A stretch of DNA of 63,108 nt, filler included, from a candidate division TA06 bacterium SM23_40 (GTDB lineage: Bacteria > LJUI01 > SM1-40): the NCBI GenBank assembly GCA_001303705.1. It is 5 parts of 5 records of this genome, joined end to end, with 100 filler letters (N's around TTAATTAATTAA, not from the genome) between each part and the next. Parts side by side here need not be neighbours in the genome. Positions count along the whole stretch, not along the records: positions 1 to 16,510 come from LJUI01000065.1; positions 16,611 to 31,264 come from LJUI01000066.1; 3 more parts are not named here. One strand, written 5' to 3'. A model generated the notes under the pieces. That model was not told the DNA's origin. It saw only the letters and a list, made by a program, of their open reading frames with translations, and made no database searches. This document shows positions 10,345-20,156 of the stretch, one piece after another. The position numbers and the translations under genes are program-made. Each line of letters starts with the position of its first letter. Positions within the stretch are counted from its first letter, which is position 1.

Positions 10345-11328
10345 ATGAGGATACTGATCACGGGCGGAGCAGGGTTCATAGGTTCTCATCTATGTGATTT
10401 CCTGCTGGCGAGAGGCCATTTCGTCATATGCATGGACAATCTCTGCACCGGGGCGATTAGGAATGTGGAACACTTGGCAGGCCACGATAGATTCACGTTC
10501 ATCAAGCAGGATGTCACCGAATACTTGTTCATCGGAGGAGACATCGACTGGATACTTCATTTCGCAAGTCCTGCAAGTCCCATGGACTATCTGCGTCTTC
10601 CCATCCAGACTCTGAAGGTCGGATCGCTCGGGACCCACAAGGCGCTGGGGCTGGCGAAGGAGAAGGGTGCCGGATTTCTGCTTGCCTCGACCTCAGAGGT
10701 ATACGGAGATCCGCTCGTGCATCCGCAGTCCGAGGAATACTGGGGGAACGTCAGTCCTATCGGTCCGCGAGGGGTATACGATGAGGCCAAGAGGTTTGCC
10801 GAGGCTCTGACGATGGCATACCATCGGAGTCATGGTATCGATGTGAGAATCGCGAGGATATTCAACACCTTCGGTCCTCACATGCGAAAGGATGACGGGC
10901 GAGCTGTGCCGACCTTCATTCAGCAGGCTCTTGAAGGGGAAGACGTAACTGTCTTTGGAGACGGGCAGCAGACGAGGAGTTTTTGCTATATCGACGATCT
11001 CGTGGACGGTATCTGTCGATTGATGCAGGCGCCGGTCAACGGTCCTGTGAATCTCGGCAATCCTGAGGAGATGACTGTTCTCGAGATGGCGGAATTGATC
11101 ATCGGCCTGGCAAAGAGTGAAAGCGCGGTGGTGCACCGTCCTCTGCCTGTTGATGATCCGCGAGGACGACGGCCGGACATTACAAAGGCAAGATCCATTC
11201 TGGGATGGAAACCGAGGACATCCGTTCGGGTTGGCATTGAACGCACTATCGACTGGTTTCGAACGGAAGTGGTACCCTCTTCGAAGGAGCAGTCAGAGGA
11301 GACTCAGTCGAAATCTCTACGTCAATAG
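10345..11328 (+). CDS. UDP-glucuronate decarboxylase (UDP-xylose synthase), extended SDR
   Basis: [54 protein letters not shown]. Confidence 0.93.
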   Translation: MRILITGGAGFIGSHLCDFLLARGHFVICMDNLCTGAIRNVEHLAGHDRFTFIKQDVTEYLFIGGDIDWILHFASPASPMDYLRLPIQTLKVGSLGTHKALGLAKEKGAGFLLASTSEVYGDPLVHPQSEEYWGNVSPIGPRGVYDEAKRFAEALTMAYHRSHGIDVRIARIFNTFGPHMRKDDGRAVPTFIQQALEGEDVTVFGDGQQTRSFCYIDDLVDGICRLMQAPVNGPVNLGNPEEMTVLEMAELIIGLAKSESAVVHRPLPVDDPRGRRPDITKARSILGWKPRTSVRVGIERTIDWFRTEVVPSSKEQSEETQSKSLRQ

Positions 11329-11381
11329 GAGTGTAGAATTGATCGAGGCTAGCTATACCGGCGGTCACAAGGAAGGTAGAG

Positions 11382-12041
11382 ATGAGATACACTGTGATAT
11401 CTAGAGTGATCTGTGCCTCGTTGGCATTCTGTCAACTACTCCTGGGATTTGCATCCGGTCAGTCTTTGGAGTATGTAGTTGGCCCCCAGGACGTGTTGAG
11501 GGTCTATATCTTCGATCACCCCGAGCTAAGCACCGATGCTGTGGTGTCGGCCGACGGGTATGTCTTTCTCCCCCTCGTAGGCGCCGTGTCGGTCGGGGAT
11601 CTGACCATTCGTGAAGTGGAAGGAGTGCTGACAGAGGCCTTTGGCTCCTATATCGTCGATCCAAAGGTGACCGTCGGGCTTGCTATGGAGACTCGGAAGA
11701 GGGTGTATGTCATCGGCCAGGTCCGGCGTCCCGGGGCCTATCCCTATGTCGAGGGAGGTCGCTTGAGCGACTACTTGGGCCAGGCGGGAGGCTTTGACGG
11801 CGGTGCGGATATCCGCCGGACAAGAATCACCCGCCTCAGCTCTGAGGGGTGGCTCGTCTACTATATCGATGTCGACAGGATATACGAGCAGGGTCGTCGA
11901 GATCTTGACATCGAAATGGAGGCCGACGATACTGTGTTTGTGCCGGAGACACTTGCTTCGCGCATTCGCTGGTGGCTTCCGGTTGTAGGATTTGGAGTGG
12001 GAATTGTGACAACGTTCATAGTGTGGAGAGCAAGGAGATAG
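11382..12041 (+). CDS. Wza-like polysaccharide export protein (Poly_export + SLBB)
   Basis: Signal peptide; YVVGPQDVLRV, DGYVFLPLVG, VYVIGQVRRPG, AGG, DTVFVP; C-terminal hydrophobic helix. Confidence 0.88.
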   Translation: MRYTVISRVICASLAFCQLLLGFASGQSLEYVVGPQDVLRVYIFDHPELSTDAVVSADGYVFLPLVGAVSVGDLTIREVEGVLTEAFGSYIVDPKVTVGLAMETRKRVYVIGQVRRPGAYPYVEGGRLSDYLGQAGGFDGGADIRRTRITRLSSEGWLVYYIDVDRIYEQGRRDLDIEMEADDTVFVPETLASRIRWWLPVVGFGVGIVTTFIVWRARR

Positions 12042-12045
12042 AGGG

Positions 12046-13137
12046 ATGCCTGGGATGATTGAGGGGCTGAGTTCGCTGCGTCACGCGAGAGCGTTGAGCA
12101 GGCGATACTTCCACGATACGAGTCTTCTTACCAAGTGGCTGTACATAAGGCGGCAGCTGAGGAAACTGGTTAGGCGTGGCGGTCCGATACAGCTCTGGCT
12201 CGGTATGACGTACCGTTGTCAGTGCAGATGTGTTCACTGTTGCCAGGGGCCGTATCTTGGCTCGGATGTCTCGGAGCTAAGCGAGGAGCAACTCCGCGAA
12301 TTGATTGACATATCGCGTCGTCTGGGGGCGCTGGAGGTTGTCTTGTTTGGGGGAGAGCCGTTGCTCAGGCATGATACGATTCCCCTCATCGCCTACGCAC
12401 ACCGTCGCGGGATGTTGTCCCACCTCTTCACCAACGGCATTCTCCTCGATGAGGAGAGGACGCATGCCTTGAAGGAGGCAGGACTCTTCCGCGTCAATAT
12501 CTCGATCGATGCAGCTGATGCCGAGGAACATGACAAACGGCGCCGACTCCCCGGATGCTACGAGAAGGCAATCGCGGGGATCGAACGGCTGGTCGCACTC
12601 AACATCAGATGCATAATCTGGACATACGCATCGAAGCGAGATGTAGCGCAGAAGAACATGTCCGATCTGAGGGGCGTCATCGCGCTGGGAAAGGAACTCG
12701 GCGTGAACGGTGTCTACGTCTGCTTCCCCGTGGCTACAGGTAACTGGGCCTGCGGACAGCACGAGATGCTGACGCTCGAGGAGCGTAACCGGGTTCGTGT
12801 CTTCCAGAGCGATCCCTTTGTCGAGCTCGAATTCCCTGAAGAGACTAGTCCCTGCCGGGGAGGAATCCGCATGCTCTATGTCTCCCCGGACGGCCGCCTG
12901 AGCCCGTGTCCATGCATACCTTACATCTACGGCGACGTCCGCGAGGAGCCGCTGGACGCGATTGCAAAGCGTATGTGGAACGAGATGCTGCACTACCAGC
13001 GACAGGCAGGCGGCCAGTGTATCATGCAATATCCCGCATACAGACGTCTTGTGTACGGCGACGACGCTCCCGCTATCACCCCCCTGCCGTGCATGCAGGA
13101 GCCTGAGAGCACGGCCACGACCGAGCAGAGCGAATGA
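12046..13137 (+). CDS. Radical SAM protein with SPASM/twitch domain
   Basis: CQCRCVHC, FGGEPLL, TNG, ISID; C-terminal CRGG..VSPDG..SPCPC..GQC. Confidence 0.9.
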   Translation: MPGMIEGLSSLRHARALSRRYFHDTSLLTKWLYIRRQLRKLVRRGGPIQLWLGMTYRCQCRCVHCCQGPYLGSDVSELSEEQLRELIDISRRLGALEVVLFGGEPLLRHDTIPLIAYAHRRGMLSHLFTNGILLDEERTHALKEAGLFRVNISIDAADAEEHDKRRRLPGCYEKAIAGIERLVALNIRCIIWTYASKRDVAQKNMSDLRGVIALGKELGVNGVYVCFPVATGNWACGQHEMLTLEERNRVRVFQSDPFVELEFPEETSPCRGGIRMLYVSPDGRLSPCPCIPYIYGDVREEPLDAIAKRMWNEMLHYQRQAGGQCIMQYPAYRRLVYGDDAPAITPLPCMQEPESTATTEQSE

Positions 13138-13149
13138 GGTTCGCAGCCG

Positions 13150-14043
13150 ATGCTCTCTGATCTGATCCGCTCCATGCGGCCCCGACAGTGGACGAAGAAC
13201 CTTCTCATCTTCGCCGGCCTCGTCTTTTCGAGAAATGCGTTCGAAGGACCGCTCGTTCTGCGAGCGGTATTCGCTTTCTTTCTCTTCTGCCTGGCTTCCA
13301 GCTGTGTCTACCTGGTGAACGATGTCTACGATGCATCGAGGGACCGTGAGCACCCCTTGAAGCGTGCGCGGCCCATTGCGTCAGGACGGCTTTCCTCTCG
13401 TGTTGCACTCATAGTTGCCCTCCTTGGAGGGGGCATAGCGATTTCTGCCTCCTTCTGGCTCGGGTGGAGTGTCGGTATCGGGCCGTGGTTCGGATTGACT
13501 ACGGTCAGCTACATCCTGTTGATGCTTCTCTACACGGTCTCTCTACGACAGTTCGTCATCATCGACGTGCTGACGATCGCGATAGGATTCGTCATCCGGG
13601 CTGTGGCCGGTGCGGTAGTTATCGACGTCGAGATTTCCTCGTGGCTCCTCGTCTGCACCATTCTGCTCGCTCTGTTTCTCGGATTGGCAAAGAGACGTCA
13701 CGAGGTCCTGCTGCTTGACGAGACCGCGCCCAGCCATCGGCGGAGTCTCGTCGAATACACACCCGCGTTGCTCGATCAGATGATCGCGATCGTGACCGCA
13801 GCCGTCGTCGTTGCCTACGTCCTGTACACCGTGTGGCCCGACACCGTGGCCAAGTTCGGTACGACCAGACTGGGTCTCACGCTTCCCATTGTGCTGTACG
13901 GGCTGTTCCGATACCTCTATCTCATATACCGCAGGGAAGAGGGAGGAGAACCGGATCGTTCCCTCCTGGAGGACAAGCCGCTGCTTCTTGCGGTTGCGCT
14001 CTGGGCGATAACCGCGGCGATCATCGTTTATCATATGCCGTAG
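13150..14043 (+). CDS. UbiA-family polyprenyl-phosphate phosphoribosyltransferase (DPPR synthase-like)
   Basis: MRPRQWTKN, NDVYD..DREHPLKRARPIASG, RAVAG, KRRHE, YGLFRY. Confidence 0.9.
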   Translation: MLSDLIRSMRPRQWTKNLLIFAGLVFSRNAFEGPLVLRAVFAFFLFCLASSCVYLVNDVYDASRDREHPLKRARPIASGRLSSRVALIVALLGGGIAISASFWLGWSVGIGPWFGLTTVSYILLMLLYTVSLRQFVIIDVLTIAIGFVIRAVAGAVVIDVEISSWLLVCTILLALFLGLAKRRHEVLLLDETAPSHRRSLVEYTPALLDQMIAIVTAAVVVAYVLYTVWPDTVAKFGTTRLGLTLPIVLYGLFRYLYLIYRREEGGEPDRSLLEDKPLLLAVALWAITAAIIVYHMP

Positions 14044-14073
14044 ACTGAGTGATCGCAGGTAGGTTGAACTCCT

Positions 14074-15342
14074 ATGCGAAAATTACTCAAGTATCTGAGT
14101 AGTCTCAGGTATGTCGGATGCTATGTGGCCTTGGTTGGGGTAGTTCTGTCAGCCGCGGTCTCATTCGGGGTTTATCCCAAAGTTGCTGTTGTGGCCGATG
14201 CTCCGGTGGATCCGGACGAGTACGGCGTTCTGGGGTTCGGCCTTTGGAAGAATGGCACGCTTTCACCCTATCCGGACGATCAGCCAACGATAAGACGAGG
14301 ACCAGTCTATCCTGCCTTCGTGGCTGCTTTGCTGATGGCTACCAACGGTTGGTACCCGTATAGCGTTCAGGCGGCGCAGTGTGTTCTATTCGGACTCACG
14401 TGTCTTATGGTATTCTGGATATCGAAGACTCTCTGGAACGCCAACGTCGCATTGCTGGCTTCAGGAGTCTGTGCTTTCCATCCGTTCCTGATCTGGTACA
14501 CCAGCAGGATATGGGTGGAGACGTTGACAACATTCCTCTTCACTGCGCTATTCGCCAGCGCCCTCTACTTGAGCTTAAGGCCGACCAAGTTGAGGACTGT
14601 CGTAGTTGGCTGTATCCTGGGTATCAGTGTGCTCTCCAAGGCGACTTTCTTGCCTTTCATTGTCATCGTTCCGCTACTGCTCGGCTGGGTGAAAGACAGG
14701 AAGATCGGGTGGCGTCTCGCCTGGGGCACTCTCCCTGTCGCATTGGTGATCGTGTTCCCCTGGACTGTTCGTAACTGGAATCTTACAGGTAAATTGATCC
14801 CCGTCCACCTGGGGGCTGGATATACTTGTTACATAGGCGACAGTGTTGTGGAAACCTGGACCCAGTCACCATTTTCGCACATCGATCACTTTCATATCGG
14901 TCACAAGAAAGCACTCTCCTTGATGGAGCCAAGTATCACAGGGGAGTTGAAGAGATGGGAGACGGAGGTTCTTTCGGAGTCGATTCTGCGCAAAGACTGT
15001 ATTGCCAGATACGTCGAGGATCCATGGTTTTTCGTCAGGAAACTGGCTCTGAATTCCTGGAGGTTCTGGATTATCGGCGGAACAACACCCAAAACCGCGC
15101 TTATTAGCATAGTACAGATTCCTCTGTTGGTGTTCTTCATGCTGTCCACCATTAGAACGTTGAAGCAGAAACGTCTGAGGACGATCCAGGGTACCATGCT
15201 ATCACTGGTGTGGTTGTATTTCCTGTTCCATCTTCCCGTGCTCGCCAAGGCGAGGCTGTCTCTTCCCTTAGTTCCGACGATGCTCATATGTGTCTTTGGG
15301 CTACTTGAGTCAGCACTGAATGGAGGAGAGCGGTCTACCTGA
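14074..15342 (+). CDS. GT-C fold membrane glycosyltransferase (ArnT/PMT-like, GT39/GT83)
   Basis: DPDEY in first loop, RGPVYPAF, ETL, PWTVRN, terminal R.SLPLVP; many TM segments. Confidence 0.82.
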   Translation: MRKLLKYLSSLRYVGCYVALVGVVLSAAVSFGVYPKVAVVADAPVDPDEYGVLGFGLWKNGTLSPYPDDQPTIRRGPVYPAFVAALLMATNGWYPYSVQAAQCVLFGLTCLMVFWISKTLWNANVALLASGVCAFHPFLIWYTSRIWVETLTTFLFTALFASALYLSLRPTKLRTVVVGCILGISVLSKATFLPFIVIVPLLLGWVKDRKIGWRLAWGTLPVALVIVFPWTVRNWNLTGKLIPVHLGAGYTCYIGDSVVETWTQSPFSHIDHFHIGHKKALSLMEPSITGELKRWETEVLSESILRKDCIARYVEDPWFFVRKLALNSWRFWIIGGTTPKTALISIVQIPLLVFFMLSTIRTLKQKRLRTIQGTMLSLVWLYFLFHLPVLAKARLSLPLVPTMLICVFGLLESALNGGERST

Positions 15343-15411
15343 AAATCCGGCCATGGTAAGCCAACTCCGACTGAGTTGAGTGCGCGTGGCCTGTGACAGG
15401 GAAGCCTTGCC

Positions 15412-15440
15412 GGGAAGGTACCTTGACTCGGGTACTTCCC
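15412..15440 (+). terminator. GC-rich hairpin after the polysaccharide cluster
   Basis: GGGAAGGTACC-TTGACTC-GGGTACTTCCC near-perfect inverted repeat; no strong U-tract. Confidence 0.4.
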
Positions 15441-15460
15441 AACCGGAGTCCGTAATTTGC

Positions 15461-15490
15461 TTGACACATACAGGTGAGGTGCAGTACAAT
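15461..15490 (+). promoter_or_regulatory. Sigma70-type promoter for the DnaJ-TPR/roadblock genes
   Basis: TTGACA-18 nt-TACAAT, 38 nt upstream of ATG 15529. Confidence 0.7.
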
Positions 15491-15528
15491 TATCAGGGAG
15501 GTGAACTAAGAGTGATCTTCGGGGGAGG

Positions 15529-16242
15529 ATGGAGTTGGATCGGTCTACGGACTACTACCGGACACTCGGCGTAGAGCGGAACGCGACGAGGAACGAAATC
15601 CGGCTCGCCTATCTGCGTCTCGCCAAGGAGTCTCATCCGGATCATGTGCCGCACGAGGGGAATTGGGATCGAGCCAACGAACAGTTCGCCCGTGTTACTG
15701 AGGCCTACTCGACCCTGATGGATCCCGAGAAGCGGCGGCGATATGATCTCTCCCTGGTCGGCGGGCAGCGGTTAGAATCGGGTGGTGATGATCCCGGCAA
15801 GATACAGGCGGTCAATGCCTTTCGTCAGGGTGTCCAGTCCCTCAACCGCGGCAACCCATCGCGCGCGTTGCTCTACTTCGAGGCGGCGGTGCGGTACAAT
15901 GAGTCGAAAGCTATCTATCGGAGCTACTACGGTCTCGCTCTCGCGAGAGCGAGGCGCGAGTTCAAGCGTGCGGAAGAGGAGTGTCGCAAGGCCATCGGAG
16001 CGGAGATTTTCAATCCCGACTGCTATGTGAATCTCGGGCTCGTGTACAACCTCATGGGCAACAAGGGGCAGGCCCAAGAACAGTTTCATGAGGCTCTCAA
16101 CTGGGACCCTGAACACGCACGCGCGAAAACCGAACTGGAGGCAGCAGGAAGCGATAAGGGTGGCGGAATCCTCGGCAGGATCTTCCAGAGGAGGACATCC
16201 GATGAACGGCGGAGAGAGAGGTCCGGTCGATTACGAGAGTAG
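15529..16242 (+). CDS. J-domain (DnaJ) protein with TPR repeats
   Basis: DYYRTLGV..AYLRLAKESHPD..EAYSTL.DP.KRRRYD, followed by TPR-like helices. Confidence 0.9.
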   Translation: MELDRSTDYYRTLGVERNATRNEIRLAYLRLAKESHPDHVPHEGNWDRANEQFARVTEAYSTLMDPEKRRRYDLSLVGGQRLESGGDDPGKIQAVNAFRQGVQSLNRGNPSRALLYFEAAVRYNESKAIYRSYYGLALARARREFKRAEEECRKAIGAEIFNPDCYVNLGLVYNLMGNKGQAQEQFHEALNWDPEHARAKTELEAAGSDKGGGILGRIFQRRTSDERRRERSGRLRE

Positions 16243-16510
16243 GCTCAGGGATGCAGTAGAACGGGTGCCGGGTGCTATTGCCGCAAGCCTGGTGGGGCTT
16301 GACGGCATTCCTCTTGCAGGGCACAACATCGAGGCCTCATACGAGCCGGCTGTTGCCGATGCTGAGCTCGCGACCATCCTCTCTTGGGTTGCACGTACGG
16401 CTACGAGTCTCGATATCGGCGGTCTCCGCGAGTTCATGTTCGTAGCAGACAATGTGACGTTGGTGGCACGCATGGTCGGAAGAGAGTTCTTCGTCTCGAT
16501 CGCCCTCAAG
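16202..16510 (+). CDS. Roadblock/LC7 (MglB-like) protein, truncated by contig end
   Basis: VPGAIAASLVGLDGIPL..GGLREF; runs into the N-spacer. Confidence 0.8.
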
Positions 16511-16610
16511 NNNNNNNNNNNNNNNNNNNNNNNNNNNNNNNNNNNNNNNNNNNNTTAATTAATTAANNNNNNNNNNNNNNNNNNNNNNNNNNNNNNNNNN
16601 NNNNNNNNNN
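16511..16610. other. Artificial contig linker
   Basis: N44-TTAATTAATTAA-N44 (stops in all six frames). Confidence 0.98.
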
Positions 16611-17911
16611 TCCCCACGCCGAAATCGTTCGTCCCTCAACACGCGGACATGGAAGGGCAGTGTCGTCTTCACACCCTCGATGATGAACTCGGAGAGAGCT
16701 CGCCCCATCCGCGAGACCGCCTCGGCCCGGTCTTCACCCCGCGTGATCACTTTGGCAATCATGGAGTCATAATATGGAGGGATCTCGTAGTCCTGGTACA
16801 CATGTGTATCGACACGCACACCAGGCCCGCCGGGCGGATGAAAGCCGGTGATCCGACCGGGACACGGTGAGAACCCTCTCTCCGGATCTTCCGCGTTGAT
16901 GCGACACTCTATTGCCCATCCAGCAATTCTCACGTCGTCCTGAGATATTGAGAGGGGCTGACCGCTTGCGATCCTTATCTGTTCCTTGATGATATCTATC
17001 CCCGTTACTTCCTCAGTCACCGGATGTTCGACCTGTACTCTCGTATTCATCTCCATGAAGTAGAATTCATCGCTGTCGAGCAGGAACTCTACGGTGCCGG
17101 CACTCTGATAGCCGGCTGCCATGGCGCCCTTGACCGCCATGTCACCGATACGCTCGCGCATCTCCTCTGTTACGGCCGGCGAGGGCGACTCCTCGATCAA
17201 CTTCTGGTGTCGCCTCTGGATCGAGCAATCACGCTCGCCGAGATAGATGACACTGCCTTCGCCATCTGCAAGCAACTGAATCTCGACGTGTCTCGGGTGA
17301 TCCAGATAGCGCTCGATGTAGACGGCGGCATTCCCGAACGCCGCCTGCGCCTCTGCCTGAGCCAGGCGATATCCCGTGGCGAGCTCCTCCGGGTCCCTCG
17401 CGATCCGCATACCCCGGCCTCCGCCCCCGGCTATCGCCTTCACCACAACAGGATAACCGACGGCCTCCGCGATTCCCCTCGCCTCTTCCAGGTCCGGGAC
17501 GGGATCGTCATGTCCGGGGACTGTCGGCACCCCTGCCTCAGCCATCAGCTTCCTGGCCCGGGCCTTGTCTCCCAGCTTTCGCATGATCTCGACAGGAGGT
17601 CCTATGAACCTGATCCCACACGATTCGCAGATCTCGGCGAACTCCGCGTTCTCGGCGAGAAAGCCGTACCCGGGATGGATGGCCTCGGCGTTCGCGATTT
17701 CGGCAGCGCTTATGATCCGGGGCATGTTGAGGTAGCTGTCCGCGCTCGACGCCTTGCCGATACAGACGCCCTCATCCGCGAATCGCACGTGCAGAGAGTC
17801 GGCATCGACCTCGGAGTAGACCGCAACCGTCGGTATGCCGAGTTCTCTACAGGCACGGATGATGCGGAGCGCAACCTCGCCACGGTTTGCGACCAGTATC
17901 TTTCTGAACAT
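16611..17911 (-). CDS. accC: Acetyl-CoA carboxylase biotin carboxylase subunit (3' end truncated)
   Basis: [64 protein letters not shown]. Confidence 0.97.
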
Positions 17912-17919
17912 GGAAATGA

Positions 17920-19053
17920 CTACTGCTTGGGCCGCGGAGTGCCGTCGAAGACCTGCCAGCCTCGGTCCGCTGTCGCCTCGATCCCGCGCAGTTTGAGGTT
18001 GAATTCGTCGGGGTTGGAGACGCTCTCGATGGCGTCCTCATATGTGATGAGCCCATCCTTGTACAGGCCCATGATCGACTGGTCGAACGTCTGCATCCCG
18101 TACTGCACCCCACCCTCCTCGATCGCCGTCTGAATAGACTGTGTGCGCAGTTCATCCAGCAGATACTCGCGAACAGTCGGCGTCGATACCATCACCTCCA
18201 CGCCGGGAATCCGCCCCTTCCCGTCGGCCCGCGGCAGGAGACGCTGACAGACGACGCCCGCGAGCGTAGCTGCGAGGAGCACCCGGATATGCTGATGCTG
18301 ATGGGGAGGGTAGAACGAGATGATGCGGTTGACCGTCTCTACAGCGTTGAGGGTGTGGAGCGTGGTCATCACAAGGTGGCCGGTATCGGCAGCCTGAATT
18401 GCAGTATCTATCGTCGCCTTGTCGCGGATCTCCCCGATCAGGATCACATCGGGATCTTGCCGCATAACGTGCTTCAAGGCGCTGGCGAATGATTCGGTAT
18501 CGTTGCCCAGCTCGCGCTGGCTGATGACGGACTCCTTGTCCCGAAACAGGAACTCAATCGGATCTTCCACCGTGATCACGTTCTTGTTTGCATTCGCGTT
18601 GATATGCTCGATCATCGAGGCCAGAGTGGTCGACTTCCCACTGCCGGTCGTCCCGGTGACGATGACGAGACCACGCGGCCTAAGAGCGAGCTCTTTGATG
18701 ATCGCAGGCAGATTGAGCGAATCGATGTCTCTGATTGTCATCGGGATGGAGCGCATCGCGACCGCGACACTCCCCCGCTGCATGTAGACATTGACGCGGA
18801 ACCGTCCAAGTTTCGAGACGCCGATCGCGAAATCGATCTCCTTTGTCTTGGCAAAGGACTCGAGCTGACTCTTCGTCATGAGCTGAGTGACCGCTTCCTT
18901 CAGCTCATCCGGAGTGAGAGAGGGACGCCCCTTCAGTAGGCGCAATCTCCCGTCGACCCGGATTACAGGCGGAGAGCCGGCCTTCAGGTGAAGATCTGAG
19001 GCCTCCTGCTTCGTCATGTGCTCGAGAAGTTCTCTAAGGTCCAAGAGAACCAC
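17920..19053 (-). CDS. pilT: Type IV pilus retraction ATPase, PilT/PilU family
   Basis: [57 protein letters not shown]. Confidence 0.92.
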   Translation of the reverse strand: MVLLDLRELLEHMTKQEASDLHLKAGSPPVIRVDGRLRLLKGRPSLTPDELKEAVTQLMTKSQLESFAKTKEIDFAIGVSKLGRFRVNVYMQRGSVAVAMRSIPMTIRDIDSLNLPAIIKELALRPRGLVIVTGTTGSGKSTTLASMIEHINANANKNVITVEDPIEFLFRDKESVISQRELGNDTESFASALKHVMRQDPDVILIGEIRDKATIDTAIQAADTGHLVMTTLHTLNAVETVNRIISFYPPHQHQHIRVLLAATLAGVVCQRLLPRADGKGRIPGVEVMVSTPTVREYLLDELRTQSIQTAIEEGGVQYGMQTFDQSIMGLYKDGLITYEDAIESVSNPDEFNLKLRGIEATADRGWQVFDGTPRPKQ

Positions 19054-19065
19054 CTCCTCTATTAT

Positions 19066-19524
19066 CTAGGGAACGGCGACGCGAAAGAGTTCCTGGCCGT
19101 ACTCGACTGGTTGCTCGTTCTCGACCAGTATCTCCTCGATGCTGCCTCGCACCTCCGATTCGATCTCGTTCATCAGTTTCATCGCCTCAATGAGGCACAC
19201 CACCTGGCCAGGAGTGACTCGGTCGCCGATCTCGACGTAGGGAAGAGCATTCGGTGCAGGGGCGCGATAGAATGTTCCGACCATGGGCGAGGCGATGGTG
19301 ACCGTGTTGCGGGCGGCCCCCTCGCGCACGATCTCGCCCTGTACGCCCCCGGCGGCATGGACCAACACATCAACTCCGGAGGCGTGCTGGCCAGCCTGCA
19401 GTTGGTTGGATCGTGCGAAATCCTTCCTGATGCGTACCTTCGTCCAGAATCGCCTGATCTCGAGCTCCGAGATACGGCTCTCCTCCACCAGCTTGATAAG
19501 CTTGCGCAGTGTCGACTCGCGCAT
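19066..19524 (-). CDS. accB: Biotin carboxyl carrier protein
   Basis: [21 protein letters not shown] biotinylation motif, [18 protein letters not shown] before ATG 19524. Confidence 0.95.
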   Translation of the reverse strand: MRESTLRKLIKLVEESRISELEIRRFWTKVRIRKDFARSNQLQAGQHASGVDVLVHAAGGVQGEIVREGAARNTVTIASPMVGTFYRAPAPNALPYVEIGDRVTPGQVVCLIEAMKLMNEIESEVRGSIEEILVENEQPVEYGQELFRVAVP

Positions 19525-19589
19525 CGGATCCTCCTCAACGTACTGTCTGCCGGCCTGGCGGTCGGGAGGTGGGAGCCCCGAGGGGCCCA

Positions 19590-20147
19590 CTAGGCGCGCT
19601 CGAGGTATTGGCCGGTTCTCGTATCGACCCGGACGACATCTCCCACCGTCACGAAGAGCGGCACCTGAATCACCAGACCTGTCTCGAGCGTCGCCGGCTT
19701 GGATCCCCCTGACGCCGTATCGCCCTTGATGCCCGGATCGGTTTCAGTCACCGTCAGCTCGACTGACAACGGCAGTTCGATATCGATATACTCTTCATCC
19801 CCGACGACGAGCTGTACCTGCATACCTTCTCTCAGGTAGCTCAACCTATCGCCGACCTTAGAGGAAGCAAGCGGAATCTGTTCGTATGTTCCCTCGTCCA
19901 TGAACACGTAGTTATCGTCCTCCCGGTACACGAACTGCACCGGGCGGCGCTCCAACCGTACTTCATCCAGGTACTCACCAGCTCGGAACGTGCGATCGAT
20001 CACCGCCTGCGACTTCACATCCTTCAACTTGGTTCGAACGAATGCTCCACCCTTGCCCGGCTTCACGTGGAGGAAATCTATCACGAGATAGATGCTCTTG
20101 TCGAGCCGTAGCGCCATTCCTTTCCTGAAGTCTGCTGTGGTCGCCAT
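19590..20147 (-). CDS. efp: Elongation factor P
   Basis: [44 protein letters not shown]. Confidence 0.97.
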   Translation of the reverse strand: MATTADFRKGMALRLDKSIYLVIDFLHVKPGKGGAFVRTKLKDVKSQAVIDRTFRAGEYLDEVRLERRPVQFVYREDDNYVFMDEGTYEQIPLASSKVGDRLSYLREGMQVQLVVGDEEYIDIELPLSVELTVTETDPGIKGDTASGGSKPATLETGLVIQVPLFVTVGDVVRVDTRTGQYLERA

Positions 20148-20156
20148 TGACACCCC

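Noticed and set aside
15345..15450. Cobalamin riboswitch (GGGAA..GGGAAG)
   Set aside because: Lacks the GCCACTG B12-box and other core elements, and lies upstream of the next promoter.
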